A DNA stretch of 64,000 nt from Chthoniobacteraceae bacterium (GCA_031409655.1 JANNXQ010000187.1:32001-96000), one strand, 5' to 3'; positions 30,108 through 40,996 are shown, counted from the first letter of the stretch. Numbers and translations are program-made. The notes: generated by a model from the sequence alone, not told the origin.

Positions 30108-31050
30108 ATGATGGGAGAGGTTCGTGGGTAAAGTTTTAGAAGGACGGATTTTTGCTGCGGAGAGCGTAGTTAGGGGAGGAGACTTTCAGGAATTCAGGGG
30201 ATGGCTGCGAGACGTAAAGCGGGGGCATTTCGCGAGAGATTGGATGCTTTTAAGCTATTCGACCATTTTGAGTCAACGGCAATTTCATAAAATATTTTCA
30301 AACAGGGGATTCCAAACCCAGGAGCAGAGCACTAGAAGCAAGCGCCATAGATACTCGATTTCATCATGACAATTTGAGAGGCCGGAGGGCAAACATGCGC
30401 ATCAGTTGGAATACTCAGAATGGGCGACTTCCGTCCACTGTTTTCTTCGCTATCTATGAAAAAGATAAGAGAGATGCCGATTTAGGTCGCGGAGACGCTG
30501 ATCTCACTTTGTCCGGTACAGGCTCCGGTCCGGAGCCGGGAAAGGTCGGGTATCATGAGCATAAATCAATGATGAAGAGGGAGTTGTATTTTTCGTTCGA
30601 CCGAGATGGAAGAGAGTTTTGCAGCGCTCAGGAGTTTTAGTGGAGATCGTTCCGACGCGAGGCTCGAATTTTGCTTGGAGGGCGCGCCGATCCGCGCTGC
30701 GACACCTGGCGCCTCTCGCTTGAGCGGCCAGACGCGGAATGTCCGAAGCGGCCAGGATCGGACGACTCCATAATTTTATGTTTTCTGGCGGCTGGACTCC
30801 GCGAATATCGGCACCTGATGGGCTCCATCCCGGTGGTCCTCTGCAAGAGCCGCGATGACGTGCTCAAACAGCACAAAGGGTGAGGAACCTGGGCTCGCGA
30901 TCAAACCGGACTGCGGATCCGGGAGGAAGGGCACCGGCGGCATTGCTCCTGGCGCGGCAGAGGACTCATGGCCTGGAGAAACGGTGGTGCGCCATCTTCC
31001 CCCTTCCCTCCATCCGAATCCCTTGGCACTGTCCCCGCTCTTTGAGCCCG

Positions 31051-32841
31051 ATGCGCCGCAATCACCTCATCCTCCTCGCCCTCGCGGTGCTGACGCTGAC
31101 CGCGTTTTGGGGGGTGAGCGAGTGCGGGTGGGTAGGGTACGACGACCCGAGCTACGTGCGGCACAATCCGATGGTCAACCAAGGGCTGCGCTCGGCGGCA
31201 GTCCTGTGGGCTTTCACCGCGACCCACGGGGCCAACTGGCATCCGCTGACCTCGCTGAGCCACATGCTGGATTGCACGCTCTTCGACCTGGATCCGGGGC
31301 CACCGCACTGGGAAAGCCTCCTCTGGCACGTCCTCAATAGCGGCCTCGTCTTCCACGTCTGGCGGCGCCTGAGCGGCGCCACCTGGCCCAGTGCGCTGGT
31401 CGCGGGGCTCTTTGCCTTGCACCCGCTGCATGTGGAATCCGTGGCCTGGATCTCCGAACGCAAGGACGTGCTGAGCACCGCGCTCTGGCTGCTCACGACG
31501 CTGGCCTATCTGCGCTGGGTGGAAGTTCCCACCGCACGCCGCTACACGGGTGCGATGGTCCTCTTTGCGCTGGCGCTGATGGCCAAGCCAATGGTCGTCA
31601 CCTTGCCCTGCACCCTGCTCCTGCTGGACTACTGGCCGCTGCGCCGCTGGCCGACCCGGAGCTGGCGGGCGCTTTTCGTGGAAAAGATCCCCTTCTTCGC
31701 GCTGGTGCTGGTGCATGCCAGCGTGACGATCCTCGTGCAGCGCGCGCTCGGGGCCACGGATTACGGGGAGAAATTCCCGCTGATGATGCGCTTCGGGAAT
31801 GCGATGATTTCCTACTCGCGCTACCTCGGCAAAATGGTCTGGCCGGAGACGCTCTCGCCTTTCTACCCACATCCGGGCTGGTGGCCGTGGGCGGCCGTGC
31901 TCGGCGCGTTCACGCTCGTCGCGCTTTTGAGCTGGCTGGCCTGGCGCGAGCGGGAAAGAGGCCCGTGGCTGACCTTTGGCTGGTGCTGGTATCTGGGCAC
32001 GCTCGTGCCGGTGATCGGGGTGATGCAGGTGGGCGCGCAGAGCATGGCCGACCGCTACACCTACGTGCCGCTGCTGGGAATTTTCACGGTAATCGCTTGG
32101 GCGGGCGCGGAGCTGATCGAGCGACGCCCCACGCTGCGGACGCCGATGGCGGTGGCCGCGGGCCTGGTGCTGGCCGCGTGCTGGTGGCGGACCACGGAGC
32201 AGGTGCCGGTGTGGAAAACGGGCCTCGGGCTGATCGAGCACATGCGCAAATCCATCGGGGAACACGAGATCGTGTACCGGGAATTTGCCACGGCCGCCCT
32301 GGTCGCGGGGCGTCCCGCGGAGGAGGTCACGGCCTACCACAAGCGCGGTCGGGAGGTGGCCCCGGAGTATCCGTATTTCATGAATGAGCTGGGGGTGAAA
32401 CTGGGGCAGGCGAGGCAGTTTGACGAAGCTCGCGTGCTCCTCGCGCCGATCCTCGAGATGCTGCCCAACGATCCGGCGGCCCACGCCAATTTCGGGAGCC
32501 TGTGCGCCATGGAAGGAAAATTCGACGAGGCGATGGTCCACTTCAAACGATCGATCGCGCTCAATCCCAAGCTCGGCGGCGTCCATCGGCTGCTCTCCGA
32601 ACTGCAGATCCGGCAGGGGAAAAAGGAGGAGGCGCTCCAATCGCTCCTGACCGCGACGCGCTGCGATCGCTGGGACTGGACGGCGTGGAATCAGCTCGCG
32701 ATCCTGCAAGCCAGCATGGGTCTCAATGTGGACGCCATGAAGTCGATCGAGCGGGCCCATTGGATCCATCCGGGCGAGGCGGGGATCGCGCAGAACCTGA
32801 AAGTCCTCAAGGCGCAGAACGGCTTCATCAAGCAGCCGTAG
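31051..32841 (+). CDS. TMTC-like membrane glycosyltransferase (GT-C) with C-terminal TPRs
   Basis: YDD..YV..N, NWHPLT.LSH..D, HPLHVESVAWISERKD, ADRYTY.P, followed by TPR helices. Confidence 0.85.
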   Translation: MRRNHLILLALAVLTLTAFWGVSECGWVGYDDPSYVRHNPMVNQGLRSAAVLWAFTATHGANWHPLTSLSHMLDCTLFDLDPGPPHWESLLWHVLNSGLVFHVWRRLSGATWPSALVAGLFALHPLHVESVAWISERKDVLSTALWLLTTLAYLRWVEVPTARRYTGAMVLFALALMAKPMVVTLPCTLLLLDYWPLRRWPTRSWRALFVEKIPFFALVLVHASVTILVQRALGATDYGEKFPLMMRFGNAMISYSRYLGKMVWPETLSPFYPHPGWWPWAAVLGAFTLVALLSWLAWRERERGPWLTFGWCWYLGTLVPVIGVMQVGAQSMADRYTYVPLLGIFTVIAWAGAELIERRPTLRTPMAVAAGLVLAACWWRTTEQVPVWKTGLGLIEHMRKSIGEHEIVYREFATAALVAGRPAEEVTAYHKRGREVAPEYPYFMNELGVKLGQARQFDEARVLLAPILEMLPNDPAAHANFGSLCAMEGKFDEAMVHFKRSIALNPKLGGVHRLLSELQIRQGKKEEALQSLLTATRCDRWDWTAWNQLAILQASMGLNVDAMKSIERAHWIHPGEAGIAQNLKVLKAQNGFIKQP

Positions 32842-32856
32842 GAAAGGCCCGGCGGT

Positions 32857-34257
32857 CTATTTCGGCACGGTCGCGACGACGGCCTCGAGCTGGGTCGGGA
32901 CCGGCTGCACGGTCGCGCGATGGCGCTCCACGGCGGCGGCGATTTCGCGCAGGACCTCCGGGTGCGCGGCGGCGACGTCGAGGTTTTCGCCGGGGTCGGC
33001 CTGCACGTTGTAAAGGCGCGGCGGGTCGTGCGGCTCGGGCTTGGGGGCGAAGTAGCCGGGCTGGGTGAGGAAGTGCGCCTTCCATTGGCCGAGGCGGGCG
33101 GCGAAGAGCTGGGTGCCGCGGTAGTAGAGAAAGGCGTCGCGCTTCACCGGGCCGGTCGCGGTGAGGAGCGGCGTGAGGTCGAGGCCGTCGAGCGGGCGAT
33201 CGGCAGGCAGCGGCGCGCCGGCCCAGGTGGCGCAGGTGGGGAGCAGGTCCATGCTGGTCGCGAGTTCGTGACAGACGGTGCCGGCAGGCACCTTACCCGG
33301 CATCCAGGCGATGCCCGGGACGCGCATCCCGCCTTCCCACGTCGAGCCCTTCCCATCGCGGAGCAGGCCCGCGGAACCGCCCGCCAGGCCGCGGATCAAC
33401 CACGGGCCATTGTCGCTCGTGAAAAAGACGAAGGTGTTCTTCTCGATCCCGGCGGCGCGCACGGCGTCGAGCACCTGCCCGACGCTCCAGTCCAGCTCCT
33501 CGACCACGTCGCCGTAACGCCCGCGCGGACTCTTGTCGCGGAACTTTTCCGAGGCGTAGAGCGGGGTGTGCGGGAAGGAATGGGGGAAGTAGAGGAAGAA
33601 CGGGCCGCCCTTCTTTTCGCGGATGAATTTGGTCGCCTGCTCGGTGTAGCGGCGGGTGAGCGTGGTTTGATCGGCGGGCTGCTCGATGAGCTTTTCGCCG
33701 TCGTAAAGTGGCGCGTTGAACCACTTCGGATCGGGATTCTCGCTGTTGTCCACGTCCTTCGGGCGGGGACCGGTCGGGTCCATGTCGTTGGAGTGCGGGA
33801 GGCCGAAAGCAAAGTCGAAACCGTGATTTTTCGGGTGGCCCGCAGCGTTGTTCGACCAGACGCCGAGGTGCCATTTCCCCACGTAGCCAGAGGCGTATCC
33901 CCTGCCCTTCAGCAGCTCCGCGAGGGTCACCTCGTCTTCCGGCAGATGCCCCGTGGAGACATTGCGCAGCACCCGGAATTTATCGTGGCACATCCCGCTG
34001 CGGATCGGGTAGCGCCCGGTGAGCAGCGCCGCACGACTCGGCGTGCAGACCTCCGCGGCGACGTAGAAATCCGTGAAGCGCATGCCTTCCGCGGCCATGC
34101 GATCGAGATTCGGGGTGCGGATGCTGGGATGGCCGTAGCAGCCGAGGTCGCCGTAGCCGAGGTCGTCGGCGAGGATGACGATGATATTGGGCTTTTCCGC
34201 TGCGGCTTGAGCGGCACTGGTGAAAAGGAGGGCAAGCAGACAGGCGAAGCGTTTCAT
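32857..34257 (-). CDS. Sulfatase (Cys-type formylglycine)
   Basis: Signal peptide; ADDLGYGD, CTPSRAALLTGR, GKWHLG. Confidence 0.96.
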   Translation of the reverse strand: MKRFACLLALLFTSAAQAAAEKPNIIVILADDLGYGDLGCYGHPSIRTPNLDRMAAEGMRFTDFYVAAEVCTPSRAALLTGRYPIRSGMCHDKFRVLRNVSTGHLPEDEVTLAELLKGRGYASGYVGKWHLGVWSNNAAGHPKNHGFDFAFGLPHSNDMDPTGPRPKDVDNSENPDPKWFNAPLYDGEKLIEQPADQTTLTRRYTEQATKFIREKKGGPFFLYFPHSFPHTPLYASEKFRDKSPRGRYGDVVEELDWSVGQVLDAVRAAGIEKNTFVFFTSDNGPWLIRGLAGGSAGLLRDGKGSTWEGGMRVPGIAWMPGKVPAGTVCHELATSMDLLPTCATWAGAPLPADRPLDGLDLTPLLTATGPVKRDAFLYYRGTQLFAARLGQWKAHFLTQPGYFAPKPEPHDPPRLYNVQADPGENLDVAAAHPEVLREIAAAVERHRATVQPVPTQLEAVVATVPK

Positions 34258-34273
34258 CGGGAGGAGAGCGGAT

Positions 34274-35638
34274 TTACTTTGCGGCGGCCTTTTTCGCTTT
34301 CGCCACCAGCGGCCAGTCGGGATCGTCCACCCGGGCGGATTTCAGGAGCGCTTCGGCCTTGGCCACGAGATCGGGTTGCTGCGGGGCGAGGTTCGTTTTC
34401 TCCCCGGCATCCGTCTTGAGATCGTAGAGTTCCAGCGGCGTGCCGGGGCCGTTGCGCACGGCTTTCCAATCGCCGAAGCGCACTGCCTGGAGCGGCTGCT
34501 TTTCATGCAGCTCCCAGTAGAAGTAGTCGCGCTTCGGGGCCGGGCCACCTTGCAGGAAGGAGACCAGCGAGAGGCCATTCGTCGGCGCGGCAGCCGGGAC
34601 TTTCACGCCTGCCAGCTCCGCCGCCGTGGGGAGGAAATCCCAGGACGCCCACGGCTCATCGCTCACGCGACCGGCGGGCACCTGGCCCGGCCAGCGGGCG
34701 AGCGCGGCCTGCCGCAAGCCGCCTTCGTAGAGCTCGCGCTTGAAGCCGCGCAGGCCATTCGCCGCCTGGTCAAAGAGCTTTCCAAACTCGCTTTGCGGCG
34801 CCCACGATGAACCATTGTCGCCGGAGAGCATCACCAGCGTTTTTTCGTCGAGACCGAGTTCCTTGAGCAGCGCCAGCAACCGGCCCACATCGCTGTCGAG
34901 CCGCGTCACTTGCGCCGCGTAAGCCTTCTGCCCGGCGGTCCAGCTTTGCGCCGCGTACTCGCCGAAGTCGTCGATTTCATTCCGGCCATGCGGGAGGGTG
35001 ATCGCGTAGTAGAGGAAAAAGGGCCGATCCTTGTTGGCGCGGACAAACTGCAGCGCTTCGTCGGCGATCAGATTCTGCGCGTAAGTTTTGCCCACGCCCT
35101 TCCCATCGTTCCCCGGCAGGTCAAAGCGTTGATCGTCGCGATACAAGTAGGTCGGGAAATACGAGTGCGCGTGGCGCTGGCAATTGTAGCCGAAGAAATG
35201 ATCGAACCCGACCTTCAGCGGGCTGCCCGTGGTGTCGAACATCCCCATGCCCCACTTCCCGACGCAGGCCGTCGCATAGCCCGCGTCCTTCAATAAACGC
35301 GCCACGGTGAATGTTCCCGCCGGCAACGGCTTCTGGCCTTCGGGTTTGATCTCGCGGTTCGCCCGGATCGGCGAGTGGCCGGTGTCCAGCCCGGTGATCA
35401 GCGAAGTGCGTGACGGCGCGCAGACGGTGGTCCCGCAGTAGGCTTGGGTGAAACGCGTGCCTTCGCGCGCCATCCGATCGAGGTGCGGCGTTTTGATCAG
35501 CTTTTGCCCGTAGCAGCCGAGGTCGCCCTGCGCGAGATCGTCAGAGAGGACGTAGATGATGTTTGGTTTCGCCGCCGCCACGACGGCGCCGCTGAGCACG
35601 CCGAGGGTGGCGACGAAAAGGAGGAGTTGGCGCTTCAC
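34274..35638 (-). CDS. Sulfatase (Cys-type)
   Basis: [25 protein letters not shown]. Confidence 0.95.
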   Translation of the reverse strand: MKRQLLLFVATLGVLSGAVVAAAKPNIIYVLSDDLAQGDLGCYGQKLIKTPHLDRMAREGTRFTQAYCGTTVCAPSRTSLITGLDTGHSPIRANREIKPEGQKPLPAGTFTVARLLKDAGYATACVGKWGMGMFDTTGSPLKVGFDHFFGYNCQRHAHSYFPTYLYRDDQRFDLPGNDGKGVGKTYAQNLIADEALQFVRANKDRPFFLYYAITLPHGRNEIDDFGEYAAQSWTAGQKAYAAQVTRLDSDVGRLLALLKELGLDEKTLVMLSGDNGSSWAPQSEFGKLFDQAANGLRGFKRELYEGGLRQAALARWPGQVPAGRVSDEPWASWDFLPTAAELAGVKVPAAAPTNGLSLVSFLQGGPAPKRDYFYWELHEKQPLQAVRFGDWKAVRNGPGTPLELYDLKTDAGEKTNLAPQQPDLVAKAEALLKSARVDDPDWPLVAKAKKAAAK

Positions 35639-35641
35639 GGA

Positions 35642-37150
35642 TCAGTTCTCCTTTGCCCCACCCGCCTTGCGCCCGGCCTTCTTCCCCGCCAACGCCTTGG
35701 CCAGTGCTTCCTCGCCAAACTGCTTCCGATACATCGTCACAAAAGGATTCTCGTCCGGCCCTTTGGCGCCTTCATTCACGAGCTGCGGCTGCACGCTCGT
35801 CCACCACGCTTCGTAATCCGCGTTCATCTTCGCCACCACCTCCGCATGCTCCGCGGCCACATCCGTCTGCTCGCCGTAGTCGGCCTTCAGATCAAAGAGC
35901 TGCCACTCCGGACCCGCCACCGCTTTCCCCGGTCGGCCCGTGTCGCTCACCAGATGCCACCGCGGCGTGCGCACACTGCACTTTACGTATTTCCCATCCG
36001 CAGGAGCGCCCGTCCAGCGACCCACTTGCGTAAAAAGCGTCCGCTCCGCCCACTCCGCTTGCGGGTTCTCGAGCAGCGGCACGAGGCTGCGCCCTTCCAC
36101 CTGTTGGCGCACCTTCTCGTCGAGCTTCGCGCCCGCCAGCGCGGCCAGCGTCGGGAAAAAATCGAGGTGCGCCGCGAGCGCTCCGCAATCGCCTGGGGTG
36201 AGCGTCCCTGGCCAGCGCCAAAAGGAACTCGCACGGGTGCCGCCGATCCACGGCGAGCCTTTGGACCCGCGCATGCCCGCATTGAAAACCTTCGTGCCCG
36301 CAGTCCCGCCGTTGTCATTCATGAAGACGACCAGCGTGTCCTTTTCGATCCCCCACTCGGTCAGCTTCGCGAGCAGCTTCCCGAGGTTGCCGTCAATGTT
36401 GTGCAGCATGCCGAAGAAGTTTGCCACGTCATCGCCGGGGACCTTGCCGGCGAAGAGCGCGGCGTCTTCCGGGCGCGCAATGTAGGGCCCGTGCGGCGCA
36501 TTCGTGGCGAGGTGAACGTAGAAGGGCTGCTGGCCTTTCACGCGCTCGATCCACTTCGTCGCCTGCGCGAAAAACACGTCCGTGCAGTAGCCCTCGGTCT
36601 TCTCGAACTTCCCATTGTGCAGGATCGCGGGGCTGAAGTACGTATTCCCCGGAGCATCGCCGCAGGAGCCTGGATAGGTCTGCCCGATCCCGCCCGCGCC
36701 GTGGATGAAGGTCTCGTCAAACCCGCGCTGGTCTGGCCGGCGATCCGCTTCATCGCCGAGATGCCATTTTCCAAAGATGCCCGTGGTGTAGCCTGCGGTC
36801 TTCAAGACCTGGGGCAGCGTGATCGCGTCCAGGGTGAGCCGCTCGCGCTCCATGATCGTATGCGTGATCCCATTGCGAAACTCATGCCGCCCGGTGAGCA
36901 GCACACTGCGCGTGGGCGAGCAGGTGGGGGAAACGTGGAAGTCCGTGAAGCGCACCCCTTCCGCGTGGAGCCGGTCGAGGTTCGGGGTTTTGAGGATCGG
37001 ATTTCCGTGCGCCGAGATATCGCCGTAGCCCTGGTCATCGGTGATCAGGAAGATGATATTCGGCCGCTTCCCCGCAAGCGGGGCAGCGGCAGCAGCGTGG
37101 AACGAAAGGACGCCAAGGAGCGCGCCGGCAAAGATGCGGAGGAGGGTCAT
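35642..37150 (-). CDS. Arylsulfatase (Cys-type)
   Basis: TDDQGYGD, CSPTRSVLLTGR, GKWHLG. Confidence 0.95.
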   Translation of the reverse strand: MTLLRIFAGALLGVLSFHAAAAAPLAGKRPNIIFLITDDQGYGDISAHGNPILKTPNLDRLHAEGVRFTDFHVSPTCSPTRSVLLTGRHEFRNGITHTIMERERLTLDAITLPQVLKTAGYTTGIFGKWHLGDEADRRPDQRGFDETFIHGAGGIGQTYPGSCGDAPGNTYFSPAILHNGKFEKTEGYCTDVFFAQATKWIERVKGQQPFYVHLATNAPHGPYIARPEDAALFAGKVPGDDVANFFGMLHNIDGNLGKLLAKLTEWGIEKDTLVVFMNDNGGTAGTKVFNAGMRGSKGSPWIGGTRASSFWRWPGTLTPGDCGALAAHLDFFPTLAALAGAKLDEKVRQQVEGRSLVPLLENPQAEWAERTLFTQVGRWTGAPADGKYVKCSVRTPRWHLVSDTGRPGKAVAGPEWQLFDLKADYGEQTDVAAEHAEVVAKMNADYEAWWTSVQPQLVNEGAKGPDENPFVTMYRKQFGEEALAKALAGKKAGRKAGGAKEN

Positions 37151-37375
37151 GGAGGAATGGATGGGTGAAAACATGATGCCGGACGAGCCCAAAACTTAGC
37201 TCGCGGACGCCCGGCCCCGCACCTCCGAGGAGCGACCTTCCCGAGCGGGCTGGGGGAAGCCAGCAGGCGGACCTCGGGGAGCGCCGTCATGCCGCCGCGC
37301 GATCACCGAGATACCGCACAAGTATTTCCCCAATCGCAGGGCAAACGGTAGGGATGGACGGAAGCCGCCGCTCGC

Positions 37376-38680
37376 ATGAACAACCTCCATCTCGCCATTC
37401 AGTTTTTCCTTCAGATCGCCGTCATCCTCCTTTTCTGCCGGCTCGTCGGCGCGGTGGCCCGGCGCTTTGGCCAGCCGCAGGTCGTGGCGGAAATGATCGC
37501 CGGGGTGCTCCTCGGGCCGTCGCTTTTCGGGCTGCTCGCGCCCGACGCGCAGGCGTGGCTTTTCCCGTGGGATAAGACCCAGCAGGTCCGCGACACCCAG
37601 AGTTACCTCTTCCCCGCTTCACAACTCGGGCTGGCGCTCTACATGTTTGTCGTCGGGCTGGAGTTCCGCGTGGACATCGTGGCGAAGCGCCTCAAGAGCT
37701 CCATCGCCGTCTCCGCCGCCGGGATGATCGCGCCTTTCATCCTCGGGGCTGGGCTGGCCTGGGTGCTCTTTCATCACACCGAGCTCTTTCCGAAGAAGAC
37801 CTCGCTGATGGAAGCGATGCTCTTCCTCGGCGCGGCGATGTGCATCACCGCCTTCCCGATGCTGGCGCGCATCATTCACTTTAAGAAACTCTCCGGCACC
37901 ACCATGGGTACCGTCGCCCTCGGTGCGGGCGCGATCGATGATGCCACCGCCTGGTGCCTGCTCGCCGTAGTCCTAGCGAGCTTCGATGACAACTGGAGCC
38001 ACGCCTGGGTGAATATCGGCGGCGGTGCGGGCTATGTGGCCTTTACCCTCCTCGTGGTGAAGCCGCTGCTTGCCCGCGCGAAAGGCTGGTTCGTGAAAGA
38101 GGGCACGCTCACCGAGGCCGGGCTGGTCGTCGGCCTTGCGCTCATGGCGCTCGGCGCGTGGTTCACCGATCTCGTGGGCCTGCACGCGGTCTTCGGCGCC
38201 TTTGTCATGGGTGCGGCCATGCCTCGCGGCGTGGTCTCGCGGGATCTCATCGGGCGCATTCAGCCCCTCACCGTGGCGCTGCTCCTCCCACTCTTCTTTA
38301 CTTACTCGGGACTCAATACCCGCATCGCCCTGCTCAATACCGGCTTCCTCTGGCTGATGTGCGGGGCGGTGCTCGTGGCCGCGGTGCTCGGCAAAGGCGT
38401 GGCCTGCTGGCTGGCCGCGCGCGCCACGGGCATCCCAAATCGCGAGGCCCTCGGGATCGGCGTGCTCATGAATGCGCGCGGCTTGATGGAACTCATCATC
38501 ATCAACATCGGCCTCCAGCGCGGCATCATCTCCGAAGGGCTCTTTGCCACGCTGGTCATCATGGCCGTCGTCACCACCCTCATGGCTTCACCCATCTTCG
38601 ATCGCCTCGTCGGCACCGGCCCCGATCTCCCCACCTCCCATCCGGAGGCCGACGACCCCAAGCTCGAGCCCGCCCGCTAA
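37376..38680 (+). CDS. Cation:proton antiporter (CPA2 family)
   Basis: GQPQVVAEMIAGVLLGPS, TAFPMLARI, AIDD, LMNARGLMELI; about 12 TM segments. Confidence 0.93.
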   Translation: MNNLHLAIQFFLQIAVILLFCRLVGAVARRFGQPQVVAEMIAGVLLGPSLFGLLAPDAQAWLFPWDKTQQVRDTQSYLFPASQLGLALYMFVVGLEFRVDIVAKRLKSSIAVSAAGMIAPFILGAGLAWVLFHHTELFPKKTSLMEAMLFLGAAMCITAFPMLARIIHFKKLSGTTMGTVALGAGAIDDATAWCLLAVVLASFDDNWSHAWVNIGGGAGYVAFTLLVVKPLLARAKGWFVKEGTLTEAGLVVGLALMALGAWFTDLVGLHAVFGAFVMGAAMPRGVVSRDLIGRIQPLTVALLLPLFFTYSGLNTRIALLNTGFLWLMCGAVLVAAVLGKGVACWLAARATGIPNREALGIGVLMNARGLMELIIINIGLQRGIISEGLFATLVIMAVVTTLMASPIFDRLVGTGPDLPTSHPEADDPKLEPAR

Positions 38681-38698
38681 CCAGCGCCGTGGCAGCCG

Positions 38699-40088
38699 CT
38701 ACCAGCGATAGGTCACCCGCGCGCGGAACATGCGGGGCTCGGCGGGGTGGAGATGCACGTCGTCAAAACCCTGGTCGCGCTCCCCGCGGAGGCGGCTGGT
38801 GTAGAAGTACTCGATGTCGTTGTCCTCCCGATCGAGCAAGTTCAGGCACTCAATGGCGGCCTCCCAGTTGCTCGTCCGGTAGCAGACGTTCGCGTTCACG
38901 GTGAAGGTCTGGCGACCTTCCACGGAGTTATCCTCGATCAGCGGGCGTTTGCCAAAGGCGCGCACCCGCGTGCCAGCAAACCAGCCGGGCTGCTGTCCTT
39001 GCGCACCGAGGACAAAGCCGTCGCTGAGCATCCACGGGACGCTGTCCGGGATGCGATCGAGGTCGCCGCTGTCGCGGAAACGGGCGTGGGTGATCGCGAC
39101 TTCGGCGTCCACCGTGAGCCAGTCGGTCGGCTCCCAATAGAGCGCGGCTTCGAGGCCGTAGCGGCGGGAGCCGGAGCCGGGTTCATTGGTGCCGGCATCG
39201 CCGACATAGACGAGCTCGCTATCGCTCTCGAGATACCACGCGGCGAGCGTCGCGGTGACTTTCGGGATGAGCTGCGTGCGCAGGCCAAACTCGGCGCCGA
39301 GCGTGCGCACCAGCGGATCGACCGGCGGTACTGGGTCGCCGCTTCCGGGGTCGATCGTGGTGTTCACGCCGCGCGCGTCGTTGCTGTGAAAACCGGTGCC
39401 GAAGTTCAGATAGAACTCCGTCTTCGCCCACGGCCCATCATAGTAAGTGTACTCACCGGCAAAGGTGAGTCGCGGCGCGCGTTTCGTCCCACCTTTGGTC
39501 ACGTCATCCGCGCCGAGCGTGATGGTGTCGCCGATCACGCCGCGGAAGTAATTGTGCTCTCCAAACTCAAACGTCGCGAACCCTCGCGGGAGCACATCGT
39601 GCAGCTTGAAGTCCGCACTGCCGGCGCTGGAGAGATCGCCATTCCGCGCGGTGTAGGGGCCCTTGTAGTAATCGACGCGCTCGACGAGTTCGGGGACAAG
39701 AATGTTCAGATCCGCATAACCCTGCCCATGCGCGTGGGTCCGCATATTCACCGGCATCCCGTCGATCGAGATCGCGAAGTCCGTCCCGTGATAGATTGAA
39801 ACCGCGCAGGAAATACTGGTTCGCCTTACCCCCGCCGGCGTGCTGCGTGACCACCATGCCCGGCACCGCCACGAGCACTTCGCCGCGGCGGAGCAGCGGA
39901 CGCGCGCGCAGTTCCTCGCCACTGGCCGCACCTTGCGTAGCAGTGGGGGCGACGCCGAGCACATCGGTGCGCTTGCCGACGATGACGGTGTCTTCGAGTT
40001 GCGCGGCGGAGGGATCGTGGGCGAGGGCCGTGGACGCGAGAGCGCCCGAGGTGAAGAGCGCCAGGTGGCGCAGGGAGGGTTTTTTCAT
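38699..40088 (-). pseudogene. TonB-dependent receptor pseudogene (frameshift plus internal deletion)
   Basis: Plug motif GKANQYFLRGFNL|(D)HGTDF is split by a frameshift at ~39793. The barrel is shortened by the fusion YYDGPW|AKTEFYLN at ~39430. C-terminus HPAEPR..YRW. Confidence 0.85.
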
Positions 40089-40147
40089 GGGTAGTTTGGA
40101 TTCGGAGAAATTTCATCCCGCGCGCGGTTCCGCGGGAATGGCCGCAC

Positions 40148-40177
40148 AGTGCAACTGGCAGCGTTTTTTCCTGTCAA
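40148..40177 (-). promoter_or_regulatory. Possible sigma70 promoter for the TBDR gene
   Basis: Perfect TTGACA at 40177-40172, ~90 nt upstream of the ATG; the -10 element is poor. Confidence 0.35.
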
Positions 40178-40332
40178 TGCACGACTGACTTTCGGGACCG
40201 ACTGTCCCGTGAAGCGCCGCTCGACTCTCCGCAGATGCACGCAACGGCCACCGCGGATTCTTCCCACCAAGTCTGGCGTACCGCCTTCCTTCGCGAAGGG
40301 TGCGGCGTAGTCCTTCCCCTGCGGCCCTGCCC

Positions 40333-40370
40333 AAAAAAAGCCGCCGGCGCGAGTGAACGCACCGGCGGCT
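40333..40370 (-). terminator. Intrinsic terminator closing the metal-uptake operon
   Basis: AGCCGCCGGTGCG-loop-CGCGCCGGCGGCT followed by a T run on the minus strand. Confidence 0.8.
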
Positions 40371-40398
40371 CTGGAAGGGCGGGCGCAGGCCGCGCTGG

Positions 40399-40701
40399 TT
40401 ACTTGGCGATCTTGTACTTCGTCGCGTTGATCGCCGCGGCGATCTTTTCTTCGGTCGTCTTGGCCGGATCATAAGCGACGACCGCCGTGCCTTTCTCGGC
40501 ACTGGCTTCGATGCTCTTTACGCCTTCGACTTTCGTCGTGGCACCTTTCAGCTCCGCTTCGCAAGAGGTGCAGGTCATGCCCGTCACTTTGAAAGTGGCG
40601 GACTTCGTGGCGGCGGCTTTGTCCTCAGCCTGGACGCCGGAGACGGTGAGGCTCAGGAGAGCGGTGAGGGCGAGGGCGAGTTTCGGGAATGGGATTTTCA
40701 T
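40399..40701 (-). CDS. Exported heavy-metal-associated (HMA; MerP/CopZ-like) protein
   Basis: Signal peptide plus GMTCTSC. Confidence 0.9.
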   Translation of the reverse strand: MKIPFPKLALALTALLSLTVSGVQAEDKAAATKSATFKVTGMTCTSCEAELKGATTKVEGVKSIEASAEKGTAVVAYDPAKTTEEKIAAAINATKYKIAK

Positions 40702-40742
40702 AGGCCTGGAAGTTCCCGAGCCCATCGGGAAACGCAAGTGAT

Positions 40743-40994
40743 CTATCGAGCGGCAGGCCAGTAGAGCGCCGGCTGACGCTGGAATTCCCGGCAGCAATTC
40801 TCGCTGCAAAAGTAGTGCGTGCGTCCGCCGTAGTCGGCGTGCGGCGTGCGCGGCGAGGCATCGACGATGAGGCAATCGAAGTCGCGGCGATGACGACAGA
40901 CCGGGCAATGCTGCTCGCGTGCTCCCGCCGGCGGGGCCGGCGGGAGCGAAGTACAACCGGCGCAGAGCACGGCGATGAGGAGGAGGGCGCGCAT
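40743..40994 (-). CDS. YHS/TRASH-domain lipoprotein
   Basis: Lipobox CAGC; CPVC...YGGRTHYFCSENC..EF...P..Y. Confidence 0.85.
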   Translation of the reverse strand: MRALLLIAVLCAGCTSLPPAPPAGAREQHCPVCRHRRDFDCLIVDASPRTPHADYGGRTHYFCSENCCREFQRQPALYWPAAR

Positions 40995-40996
40995 GG

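Noticed and set aside
30374..30883. Short ORFs upstream of the giant PEP-CTERM gene
   Set aside because: Poor codon bias and no recognisable motif; could be regulatory DNA or an unidentifiable remnant.
40089..40330. Cobalamin riboswitch upstream of the TBDR
   Set aside because: No recognisable B12 box or ordered GGGAA...GCCACTG core on the minus strand.
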